Origin: Maledivibacter sp.
GTDB lineage: Bacteria; Bacillota; Clostridia; Peptostreptococcales; Caminicellaceae
DNA length: 64,000 nt
Direction of reading: 5' to 3'
NCBI GenBank assembly: GCA_025210375.1
Contig: JAOASB010000016.1
Location: 32,498-96,497 of the forward strand
The position numbers were made by a program, and so were the translations under genes. Under the pieces are notes generated by a model. It was not told the origin of the DNA. It saw only the letters and a list, made by a program, of their open reading frames with translations, and searched no databases. This document shows positions 55,850 to 64,000 of this stretch, piece after piece (the stretch's first letter is position 1; the number at the start of each line of letters is the position of its first letter).

Positions 55850-57418
55850 TTATATAACCTCCTTGCTCATTTCTTTATTATCTACGACAATTTGTTTAAT
55901 GAAGGCCGAGATTGAAATAATAAAAAATACTAGATAGGGTATCGTCATTGTCGTTGCTAGTGCTTTTATTCCGTTGAAAGCATCATTGCCTCCTCTAAAA
56001 GTTGCAACAATTGCCGCAATAGCTATAATTGACATAAGTACACTCCATACCCCTGCTCTAGTAGCACTATTCGTTTTTCCTTCAAGGTCTGTCATTGTAC
56101 TAAGGGAAACCGAACATCCAGTACAAGTTGTAGCGAGGAAAAATAAAATAAGTACTAGGGTAAATATAGTAGTTAACTGACTGAATGGCAGTGTATCTAA
56201 TAATGCAAAGAAAGTCATATCGGGAGTTGACATTGCTATTTGTGATAATGACCCATCCCCTTGAATAACATTCAACATAGCGGTTCCACCAAATGTACAA
56301 ATCCACAATATCATAAAAGCTACGGGTGCAGTCATTGTGGCAATAGCATATTCTTTCAGTGTTCGTCCATAGGAAATTGATGCAACAAAAACCCCCATGA
56401 ATGGCGTCCATGAAATCCACCATAACCATCCAGTTGCAGCCCAATCATAAACGAAACTTTGCTGTTCTGAGAATATATACATCTCAAAGTTCTGAACTAT
56501 TAAAGTATCTATAAAGGTTCCAAAGGTAGTAACAATTTGCTCAAATATGAATCTTGTAGGCCCAAATACCATAACAAAAACCATTATACCTATTGCCATA
56601 TACATGTTGATATTCCCGATTATTTTCATACCCTTTTGTAGTGGTGTTACTGCGGCACTGGTAAATAGTACAAATAGAATAGCTAATATTATGAATGGTA
56701 AAATTGATGAGATATTATCTGGTATTAGAAAGAGTTTTTTTATTCCTCCCGACATTTGGATTACCCCAAGACCTATTGTTGTTGCAATGGTAAGGGCCGC
56801 ACAAACAACTGAAAGTATATTCATTGTCTGTGATACGGGTTTTGCCCATTTTTTACTTCCAAATCCCATTGTGATCGCTTCACCTGGTAGGTACTTTCCC
56901 CCATGGGTATAAACAAAATATCCAACTACCAGTCCAGCAATACTAAATATTACCCATGCACCTATTCCCCAAAGATATACGCCCATGCCCATTGCATGTC
57001 TAGCAGCTTCCATTTGACTCACACTAGTATTACTGATCCCCATTGGTGAAAGATAATAAGCATACAAGGGTTGATTGATTCCAAAATATACAATTCCAAT
57101 TCCTATTCCGGCTGTAAACAACATCGCCAGCCAAGAAAAAGTAGAAAACTTTGGCCTAGAATCTGTGCCACCAAGTCTAATGTGCCTATACTTTTTTGAA
57201 AAGCCGAAGAATAGACAAATTATGGCAAACAAAACCGGTAAAAGCATTAGGAACCAGCCGTAATTTATCACAAAAAATTGCTGGATAACCGAAAGGGAAA
57301 GGGTTAGCTGATTAGGTGATATGATGGCCCAAATGGCAAAAGCCGAAGTAATAAAAGCAGAAATTAAAAATAAAGGTGTTAAGACTTTCTGTGCTTTTTT
57401 ATCATTATACATATACAT
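55850..57418 (-). CDS. BCCT-family transporter (betaine/carnitine/choline type)
   Basis: 522-aa polytopic protein with the signature WWISWTPFMGVFVASISYGRT. Confidence 0.9.
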   Translation of the reverse strand: MYMYNDKKAQKVLTPLFLISAFITSAFAIWAIISPNQLTLSLSVIQQFFVINYGWFLMLLPVLFAIICLFFGFSKKYRHIRLGGTDSRPKFSTFSWLAMLFTAGIGIGIVYFGINQPLYAYYLSPMGISNTSVSQMEAARHAMGMGVYLWGIGAWVIFSIAGLVVGYFVYTHGGKYLPGEAITMGFGSKKWAKPVSQTMNILSVVCAALTIATTIGLGVIQMSGGIKKLFLIPDNISSILPFIILAILFVLFTSAAVTPLQKGMKIIGNINMYMAIGIMVFVMVFGPTRFIFEQIVTTFGTFIDTLIVQNFEMYIFSEQQSFVYDWAATGWLWWISWTPFMGVFVASISYGRTLKEYAIATMTAPVAFMILWICTFGGTAMLNVIQGDGSLSQIAMSTPDMTFFALLDTLPFSQLTTIFTLVLILFFLATTCTGCSVSLSTMTDLEGKTNSATRAGVWSVLMSIIAIAAIVATFRGGNDAFNGIKALATTMTIPYLVFFIISISAFIKQIVVDNKEMSKEVI

Positions 57419-57620
57419 CCTCCTTAAATTTACATTGTACTATTCATATTAACCATAGTTTTGCATACCTTATATAAACATGTGGGATTGTTATACCAGC
57501 TTTTATCGCTACTATTTCTTCAAGCACTATTAGTACTCCTCAATACTTTTTATCAAAATAAATCATTTTTCAAAATTGTATTCTCTACATATAAAAAGCA
57601 TTGATATTTGTATCAATGCT

Positions 57621-57686
57621 CAGGCTGTTGACAAACCCGAAGTTCGAGGCGTGCTGAAACTGAGAGGCAACAACGTAATAGACATA
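57621..57686. repeat. Family-4 element, truncated left half (about 66 bp)
   Basis: caggctgttgacaaacccgaagttcgaggcgtgctgaaactgagaggcaacaacgtaatagacata aligns with 21018..21083. It is immediately preceded by the hairpin AGCATTGATA-tttg-TATCAATGCT. Confidence 0.7.
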
Positions 57687-57763
57687 TTTTAATTACCCCT
57701 ACATCGTAATCTCTATTTAAATATGTATTCAATTCTATAGAAATGATTTCTTTATTGCCTTAT

Positions 57764-57870
57764 CTATAGATATTCCAGTTAAACAGTTAATTTGTACACA
57801 TCAAAACTCCCTAGAAACATCGGATATTTTGAGATGTATAAATTAAGTTTAACTTTGGGAAATCTATATA
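57764..57870. repeat. Family-2 palindromic repeat, full-length copy (about 107 bp), opposite orientation to 8568..8670
   Basis: ctatagatattccagttaaacagttaatttgtacacatcaaaactccctagaaacatcggatattttgagatgtataaattaagtttaactttgggaaatctatata. Confidence 0.85.
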
Positions 57871-58087
57871 CATAATTATACACACTTAACATATTATAGT
57901 CAAATTTTTTAGAATTTTATATATATTCGATATTTTTCTGTAACTTTAGAAGGAAGTACCAGATACCAACGAAGAAAAAATACCTATATAGAATACACTA
58001 ATATATCTATGAAAAAATAGTGCCCAAATATATAGTTCATACATATTATATTAGTATGTTTACTGTTTATAAGGGGGATTTGATAGG

Positions 58088-58339
58088 ATGATAAACGACA
58101 AATATGCTATGATTAGCGGGATAATAAAGGGAATCAATGTTAGTAATGGCAAGAAATCATTACTGATAGTAGATAATAAAGGCTTTGAATATATTTTTTT
58201 TATTAATGAGCATACAATAATAATGACCTTTGAAGATCTTAAAGTAGGTCAAAGGGTAGATATCATATTCAATGGTATACTAACAAGAAGTATTCCACCC
58301 CAGGGTAATGCAATAATAGTTAATGGTTTAAAAGTATAA
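58088..58339 (+). CDS. Hypothetical small protein (83 aa)
   Basis: The ORF has a GGGGG RBS. No recognisable motif. Confidence 0.4.
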   Translation: MINDKYAMISGIIKGINVSNGKKSLLIVDNKGFEYIFFINEHTIIMTFEDLKVGQRVDIIFNGILTRSIPPQGNAIIVNGLKV

Positions 58340-58364
58340 CAAAAAAATTCTAGTCTTATTACAT

Positions 58365-58474
58365 GAGGAAATTGCATAACTCTGACTTGGCTAGGTTGTA
58401 TAATATATATAGTACATAATTTCTGTAGAAAGTAATTATGCAATTTTGCCAAGTTACAATTATGCAATTTCCCC
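58365..58474. repeat. Family-3 repeat, medium derivative (about 110 bp)
   Basis: gaggaaattgcataactctgacttggctagg...gtagaaagtaattatgcaattttgccaagttacaattatgcaatttcccc. Confidence 0.8.
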
Positions 58475-58484
58475 ATTTAATCAA

Positions 58485-59462
58485 TCATTCTTCTATTATA
58501 GACAATATCTCTTTTTCAACCTTTTTAATATTGGGAACATAACTGTTTATGAATTTCAGTCTCCCAATGATTTCATATTTTCCTAGGCTAGCCGGTATTA
58601 AATAGCTATCTCCTTTTTTTATCCTTTCATTTCCATTACTGTATTTAATTTCACCATCACCTTCAACACATGTAATAATATTAAATCTATCTTTATCACT
58701 TTCAATGGCACATGCTGTTTCGACATCATATACGTCCAATGCAAAATGGGCATCTAGACAATAGAAGGTCTTACTATATCCTTCACGTTCCACCCTAAGC
58801 CCTTCGCTTCTTTTACCCCTAAGTCCTAAATTAATTACATCCAATGCTTTATTTATATGTAAATCTCTACCCCTATCATAATCATAAACACGATAGGTTG
58901 TATCGCTATTTTGCTGTATTTCTGCAATTATAACACCCTCACCTATGGCATGTATAAGTCCGCTTTTAATAAAATATACTTCACCTTTCTTTACATATAC
59001 CTTATTCATACATTCAGCAAATTGTCCTACATCAATAGAGCTTTTAAGGGACTGCTTTGTACATTCTTTGCATCCGATAATAATACTAGATCCCTCAGAA
59101 GCTTCCACTATATACCATGCTTCCGTCTTACCTGTTTCACCTTCCATTCTTGATGCATATTCATCATCTGGATGTACCTGAACCGATAGATTTTGTTTAG
59201 TGCTTATTAATTTAACTAGCAATGGAAAGTGATCACTGGATGTATTACTACCCAATATTTCTTCTCCCTTTAGCTTAATCAACTCATCAAGGTTTAATCC
59301 TTCGTATTTTCCATTAGCAACAATACTTGTGCCGTGCTGATGACATGCTATATCCCAGCTCTCACCAATATTGCCATCTGGCAAATCATATCTGAATGAT
59401 TCTAAGCCCCTTCCACCCCATATTTTTTCGAAATATAGATGTTTGAATCTTAGAGGATACAT
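58485..59462 (-). CDS. manA: Mannose-6-phosphate isomerase, class I
   Basis: 325 aa with KIWGG, LSVQVHPDDEYA and KTEAWYIV motifs. Confidence 0.88.
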   Translation of the reverse strand: MYPLRFKHLYFEKIWGGRGLESFRYDLPDGNIGESWDIACHQHGTSIVANGKYEGLNLDELIKLKGEEILGSNTSSDHFPLLVKLISTKQNLSVQVHPDDEYASRMEGETGKTEAWYIVEASEGSSIIIGCKECTKQSLKSSIDVGQFAECMNKVYVKKGEVYFIKSGLIHAIGEGVIIAEIQQNSDTTYRVYDYDRGRDLHINKALDVINLGLRGKRSEGLRVEREGYSKTFYCLDAHFALDVYDVETACAIESDKDRFNIITCVEGDGEIKYSNGNERIKKGDSYLIPASLGKYEIIGRLKFINSYVPNIKKVEKEILSIIEE

Positions 59463-59478
59463 TATACGCCCCCCCAGC

Positions 59479-60150
59479 CTATATATTTTTTATAATAACC
59501 TCAACCTGATCAATTAATTTATTAAAGGCTTCCTCAGCAACCTTTAAATTCTTATCCTTTATGGCCTTAAATAATTGGACATGATAAGCTGTGCCTTCTG
59601 TCAAAGCATCCCCCGCACCTAAAGGGTTTTCCCACAGCACCTCAAATTGGTCGTGTAAATAATTTATGGTATTTATCAAAACTGGATTTTTTGATGCTTT
59701 ATATATAGCATAATGGAAAGCCTTATCATACTTAGGATGAGGTTCTCCCTTTTTAGCCTTTTCCTCCATGATTCTCACATTTCTCTCCATATCGTTGATA
59801 TCTTCTTCAGTAGCATTTTCTACTGCAAGCTCTACAGATAAAAATTCTAGGGCTCTCCTGACATCTAAAACATGAAGCAAATGCTGTTTTTTGTTATCTT
59901 CATCGCCATCCTCGTGTTGAAATATAAAACTATTACTTTTTACATACATTCCTTTTCCATTTATGACCTCAATTATGTTTAAAGCTTGTAGGGTTCTTAA
60001 TGCTTCTCTTAAGGACGTTCTACTGACTCCAAATTTCTTTACCAATTCACCTTGGGTAGGAAGTTTATCACCATTTTGCAAATCGCTTTCTTTGATTATC
60101 TTTTTCATTTCTTTAACGATCATATCATGGAGCAGTGTTCTTTCAATCAT
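59479..60150 (-). CDS. GntR/FadR-family transcriptional regulator
   Basis: The ORF extends to 60165. The ATG at 60150 lies 8 nt after GGAGG. wHTH is LPTQGELVKKFGVSRTSLREALRTLQ, followed by an FCD-like C-terminal domain. Confidence 0.85.
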   Translation of the reverse strand: MIERTLLHDMIVKEMKKIIKESDLQNGDKLPTQGELVKKFGVSRTSLREALRTLQALNIIEVINGKGMYVKSNSFIFQHEDGDEDNKKQHLLHVLDVRRALEFLSVELAVENATEEDINDMERNVRIMEEKAKKGEPHPKYDKAFHYAIYKASKNPVLINTINYLHDQFEVLWENPLGAGDALTEGTAYHVQLFKAIKDKNLKVAEEAFNKLIDQVEVIIKNI

Positions 60151-60205
60151 AATCTTTACCTCCATCCCAATTAAATATATTTATGTAGGAAAATATAGGC
60201 TAACA

Positions 60206-61150
60206 CTATTGCTTTCCTAACATAGCTGCACCAATAATTCCTGCTTTATTTCCTAACTCTGCCAATACTATTTTACCTATGGGTAACTCCCTATAATACT
60301 GATTTTTCTTTACATCTTCCTTTACTAGATCTAATAGATATTGTCCCGCATTGGCAACGCCCCCACCTAATGCAATTATCTGTGGATCTAAAATATTAAT
60401 TAAATTGATTATACCTAGGCTTAAATATTTGACAAGTCTTTTTACTGCCTTATTAGAAAGTTCATCCCCAGCTTTTGCACAATCAAAAATTAGTTTTGCA
60501 TTTAACTCTTGGGAATCATCATTAATTTTTCTATAAAGCATTCCTTTTTCTTTACTTTCTTCTAATAGCTTTTCAGTATATTTAATGATTGCCGTGGATG
60601 AAGAGAAGGTTTCTAGACATCCATTCCTTCCACAATTACAATCATAATAATTCTCCCCTACTACCATATGTCCAATCTCAGAGCCTACTCCATTATATCC
60701 ACTATATACTTTCCCATTAAATATAATTCCTCCACCAATTCCCGTTCCTAGAGTGAGCAGTATGCCACTTTGACCCCCCATCATAATCCCACAATTATAT
60801 TCAGCCAAAGCAGCAACAGTAGCGTCATTATCAATATAGATAGGTTTTTTAAATTCCTCCTGCAGGATGGCAGCTAAGGGTACATTTTCCCAACGAAGAT
60901 TTACACAGAATATAACATTTCCATGTTTATCAGCTAATCCCGGTATCCCTATACCGATTGACTTTATTTCATCCTTTGATAAACCATACTCCTTAAGTAA
61001 ATCTTTTATCAGTCCCTTTATATCATCTATTATTTCTTCAGTACTCCTTTCTGTCCTCGTGGGAATTGATTTCTCATATCTTAACTCCCCACTTTCACTA
61101 ACAATTCCTGCAGCAATATTTGTGCCTCCTAAATCAACACCTATATACAT
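60206..61150 (-). CDS. ROK-family glucokinase/sugar kinase
   Basis: The ORF extends to 61189, into the family-1 repeat. The ATG at 61150 follows GGGGGGA and gives MYIGVDLGGTN. ROK zinc motif is GHMVVGENYYDCNCGRNGCLETF. Confidence 0.88.
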   Translation of the reverse strand: MYIGVDLGGTNIAAGIVSESGELRYEKSIPTRTERSTEEIIDDIKGLIKDLLKEYGLSKDEIKSIGIGIPGLADKHGNVIFCVNLRWENVPLAAILQEEFKKPIYIDNDATVAALAEYNCGIMMGGQSGILLTLGTGIGGGIIFNGKVYSGYNGVGSEIGHMVVGENYYDCNCGRNGCLETFSSSTAIIKYTEKLLEESKEKGMLYRKINDDSQELNAKLIFDCAKAGDELSNKAVKRLVKYLSLGIINLINILDPQIIALGGGVANAGQYLLDLVKEDVKKNQYYRELPIGKIVLAELGNKAGIIGAAMLGKQ

Positions 61151-61183
61151 ATGATTTCCCCCCAAATAATTTTTCAGCAGCCT

Positions 61184-61341
61184 AGGCATATGAAGAAAAT
61201 AAACCAGTCAAGTTACGAAGTAATTTCGATTATTTTCTAGGCACTTAGTCATGAGCATACTCACTGTATGTAAGTGACCCAGTAACTACGAAAAGAATCA
61301 AAAGGCCAGTGAGATGACTAGTTTATTTTTTGAATATGCCT
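61184..61341. repeat. Family-1 long imperfect palindrome, copy C; overlaps the 3' end of the GH38 gene
   Basis: aggcatatgaagaaaataaaccagtcaag...gactagtttattttttgaatatgcct. Confidence 0.9.
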
Positions 61342-64000
61342 TATAACTTAAATTAGAATCTACATATTTAATCTTTAACCTAAATGTTTTTATTTCATAG
61401 GGCTTTATTTCAAATGAAAAATACTTATTTTCATGATCAATAGTTTCAATTGTATTTTCCATAAGATCACACTCAAAAACACCATCTAAATTAAAGAATG
61501 TATTACAAATAGCTTTAGTACGTTTATTACAAAACTCATACATCCTTATTATGATATCACAGCCATCCTCAGATTTTTTTATTGTATCAATACATACATT
61601 GTCACAATCAACACCTATAAATGAAATTATATCAGATAAAGAACCCCTATGGGCTTTCTCATATTTACTAATAACAGGGGTGTTCAAGGATAATGCCATG
61701 GCATTGGTATTGGCTTTTATCCAATCGCCACCATGGGGATATAGGGAATATACAAATCTATGCTCTTCCTTATCGGCATCAGGATTTGGATAGGTCCCAC
61801 TCTTTAATAAAGTAATATTTAAGTTTTCATCCTTGACATCATATCCGTATTTACAATCATTTAAAAGACTTACTCCATATCCAGACTCCGATAAATCTAC
61901 CCATTTATGGGCAGGGACTTCATACTGTGCTTGATCCCATGATGTATTGTTATGTGTCGTTCTCTCTATATTACCAAATTGTATATCGAACACTGCCTTT
62001 GTTGCATTTACATCTACAGGAAAACTTGCCTTCAATAAAACATCTGTTTCCTTCCAATCCACATATGTATCAAAATCAATTCTGTTTATATCCTTATATA
62101 TGATTATTCTTTGAATTATTTTAGACTTTGAAAAATCTTTCTCGATTTCTAAAACCTTTCTCACCGGGCCATCTTCAATGATCTGCACCCTTTTTACATC
62201 ATCTATTTCCCATACCTTTTCTTTATAATAATTACTGATATTCCAGTTATCATAGGTCATTGGCTTATCTTCATAGGCTAGAAGTCTATTGCCTCGGTGA
62301 CATTTTTTGAGTATCTCCCTATGGTTTATCCTATCATATATAGAGGTAAAGCTTCCCCTGTTGTCAAGCCTAATGTCAAAAAATTTATTATACATCCTAT
62401 CCTTTGATATATTAAATTCCTCGGTACTATTCCCACAGCATTCACTAAAATCATCTAAATCATTAGTTATATTATAGACCGAATAACCATTTGAGGGAAT
62501 ATCTTCAGCATAAAAAACTACTTTTTTATTATCTCCTTCTTTAAATATCTGACTTTGAACTTCCCTATTGTTTCCATCGACAATCCTTATTTTATCATAA
62601 TCCCTTGGGATATCAGCCTCTATAATATCCTTTCTGTTAAACGACAAGGTATTAAATAGCACTATGCTATCATGCTCCAAATTAATTTTACTACAAATAT
62701 TATCAACGGATTCATTTATCATTTTTTTTGTGCTTTTTTCTATTAACTCATGCTCTTCTTTAGTTACCTCATACACTTCTTTGATACATGAACCGGGTAA
62801 AATATCATGAAATTGATTTCTTAATAGGATCTCCCAATTCCTATCCAATTCATATTTTTTGTAATCACTATTATTTATTATCATATCCATGGCATTGAGC
62901 TTTTCTGCATTAGATAAACCTATTTCATTTTTCCTATTTCCTCTTTTTTCTCTGGCCATGGAAGTATAGGTTCCTCTATGATATTCAAGGTACATTTCCC
63001 CATTCCACCTCGGAATATGTTTTGAATCCTTTATTTTCTTTTCAAGCTTGTTGAAATACTGATTCACCGTACATACCTCTGTCCTTGGGCAACCCGGTAT
63101 TCCTTTCTCCATTCTCCTATGATTTTCAAGCATTTCCTTGGTAGGCCCACCCCCACCATCTCCATAGCCAAAGGATATTAGTACATCATCATTTAGAATC
63201 TTATGTCTGTATTTATTCCAAGCTCCCATAACCGTTTCTGGGAATAGCTGCCCATTATAATCCGTTGCATAGGAAGTGACGCTTGCCCTTGGATAGGTTG
63301 TGGTAATCAAATGGGTTAATATCTCGCTTCCATCTAATCCTCTCCATAAAAAGGTGTCAAGGGGCATTCTGTCGGTATCATTCCACCCCATTTTACAGCT
63401 CATAAAATATTTTATTCCACTTTTTTTCATTATCTGTGGTAATGCTGCATTATAGCCAAAGACATCGGGCAGCCATAGGACATTACACTCGACACCAAAT
63501 TCTTCTCTGAAAAATTTTGTACCATAAAGTATCTGCCTCACAAGACTCTCCCCAGAAGCTAGATTGCAGTCCGACTCAATCCACATGGCACCCTCAGCTT
63601 CCCAACGCCCTTCTTTAATTTTCTCCTTAACTTCTTCATAAATATCGGGATAATCCTCTTTTAGGAACCTATATAATTGGGGCATACTTGACATAAACTT
63701 GTATTCAGGATATTGTTTCATCAAATTAAGAACAGTCGAGAAGCTTCTAGCTACTTTTTCCCTTGTCTGAGCCACTGTCCAAAGCCACGCGATATCTATA
63801 TGGGTATGACCTATAATACTGGCAGTTGGACTTGATGCCCCACACATCTTGTTATAAAACTCTTCATTAATATATTTATTTGCCCTTTTTATTGATTCAG
63901 AATATAACTCGGTATGGGGACTTCTGAAATCTATATGATTAACAGTTTCATTTAATGCTTCTAGTATTCTAAGCTTTGTATAATCTCCGTCGGGCAGATT
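61298..64000 (-). CDS. GH38 alpha-mannosidase; N-terminus lies beyond the window end
   Basis: The frame stays open upstream of the listed M (63847) to position 64000, reading NLPDGDYTKLRILEALNETVNHIDF.... Contains the GH38 motif GHTHIDIAWLW. Confidence 0.9.
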   Translation of the reverse strand, partial: NLPDGDYTKLRILEALNETVNHIDFRSPHTELYSESIKRANKYINEEFYNKMCGASSPTASIIGHTHIDIAWLWTVAQTREKVARSFSTVLNLMKQYPEYKFMSSMPQLYRFLKEDYPDIYEEVKEKIKEGRWEAEGAMWIESDCNLASGESLVRQILYGTKFFREEFGVECNVLWLPDVFGYNAALPQIMKKSGIKYFMSCKMGWNDTDRMPLDTFLWRGLDGSEILTHLITTTYPRASVTSYATDYNGQLFPETVMGAWNKYRHKILNDDVLISFGYGDGGGGPTKEMLENHRRMEKGIPGCPRTEVCTVNQYFNKLEKKIKDSKHIPRWNGEMYLEYHRGTYTSMAREKRGNRKNEIGLSNAEKLNAMDMIINNSDYKKYELDRNWEILLRNQFHDILPGSCIKEVYEVTKEEHELIEKSTKKMINESVDNICSKINLEHDSIVLFNTLSFNRKDIIEADIPRDYDKIRIVDGNNREVQSQIFKEGDNKKVVFYAEDIPSNGYSVYNITNDLDDFSECCGNSTEEFNISKDRMYNKFFDIRLDNRGSFTSIYDRINHREILKKCHRGNRLLAYEDKPMTYDNWNISNYYKEKVWEIDDVKRVQIIEDGPVRKVLEIEKDFSKSKIIQRIIIYKDINRIDFDTYVDWKETDVLLKASFPVDVNATKAVFDIQFGNIERTTHNNTSWDQAQYEVPAHKWVDLSESGYGVSLLNDCKYGYDVKDENLNITLLKSGTYPNPDADKEEHRFVYSLYPHGGDWIKANTNAMALSLNTPVISKYEKAHRGSLSDIISFIGVDCDNVCIDTIKKSEDGCDIIIRMYEFCNKRTKAICNTFFNLDGVFECDLMENTIETIDHENKYFSFEIKPYEIKTFRLKIKYVDSNLSYKAYSKNKLVISLAF

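Noticed and set aside
39500-58500. Possibility that the recurring intergenic repeats are a CRISPR array or arrays
   Set aside because: Copies are dispersed kilobases apart, differ in length and are long palindromes rather than short direct repeats with uniform spacers. No cas genes are present.
1-64000. Search for a defence island, prophage, integrase, toxin-antitoxin pair, rRNA/tRNA genes or a large structured ncRNA in the bigger gaps (20754..21193, 29834..30354, 39507..40129, 57419..58087)
   Set aside because: None found by eye. The gaps are largely accounted for by the repeat families, promoters and terminators. This is a negative result from visual inspection only and should be confirmed with Infernal/Rfam and defence-system HMM scans.

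Overview
This is an AT-rich, Clostridia-like chromosomal segment, and most of it is housekeeping and carbohydrate or energy metabolism.

Gene content, in window order:
- **1-4.3 kb:** a Tad/Flp-type pilus module on the minus strand (TadZ-like, CpaB, ParA-like, CpaF).
- **4.5-20.7 kb:** an almost complete dcw division/cell-wall cluster on the minus strand: mraZ, rsmH, ftsL, class B PBP, murE, murF, mraY, murD, ftsW/spoVE, murA, ftsQ/divIB, two DUF881 genes, sbp and ftsZ.
- **21.4-28 kb:** lgt, an M16 peptidase pair, an unknown membrane protein and ychF.
- **28-30 kb:** a small islet holding a RAYT-like Y1 transposase gene bracketed by GC-rich inverted repeats, a Spo0E-like mini-gene and an XRE regulator.
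- **30.3-32.5 kb:** an orphan carboxyltransferase plus a biotin-carrier protein.
- **32.7-39.5 kb:** an acetoin-dehydrogenase-type operon (E1 alpha, E1 beta, E2, E3) with a sigma-54 promoter and an AcoR-like activator.
- **40.1-46.8 kb:** a cellobiose-family PTS operon with a secreted GH16 glucanase and an unknown 299-aa protein, plus a divergent ROK regulator.
- **46.9-50.4 kb:** a second sigma-54 activator and promoter driving an iron-type alcohol dehydrogenase.
- **50.6-57.4 kb:** a TetR pair, a CE4 deacetylase, a GH29 fucosidase, an esterase and a BCCT transporter.
- **58.5-64 kb:** a mannoside cluster (ManA, GntR regulator, ROK glucokinase, GH38 mannosidase).

No rRNA, tRNA, CRISPR array, prophage or recognisable defence island was seen.

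The most unusual signal is non-coding. At least five families of long imperfect palindromic, MITE/REP/BOX-like repeats fill most of the larger intergenic gaps, with more than 20 copies or fragments in 64 kb. Some lie inside the dcw operon, and some supply stop codons or C-terminal residues to adjacent genes.

Other points worth a second look:
- two Spo0E-like ORFs missing from the ORF track;
- complementary degenerate Walker A motifs in the two ParA-like pilus proteins;
- candidate MraZ, TetR and sigma-54 enhancer-binding-protein operators.

All calls come from reading the sequence and the supplied translations, with no database search. Repeat boundaries are good to about +/-5 bp, and similarity statements are by-eye alignments.
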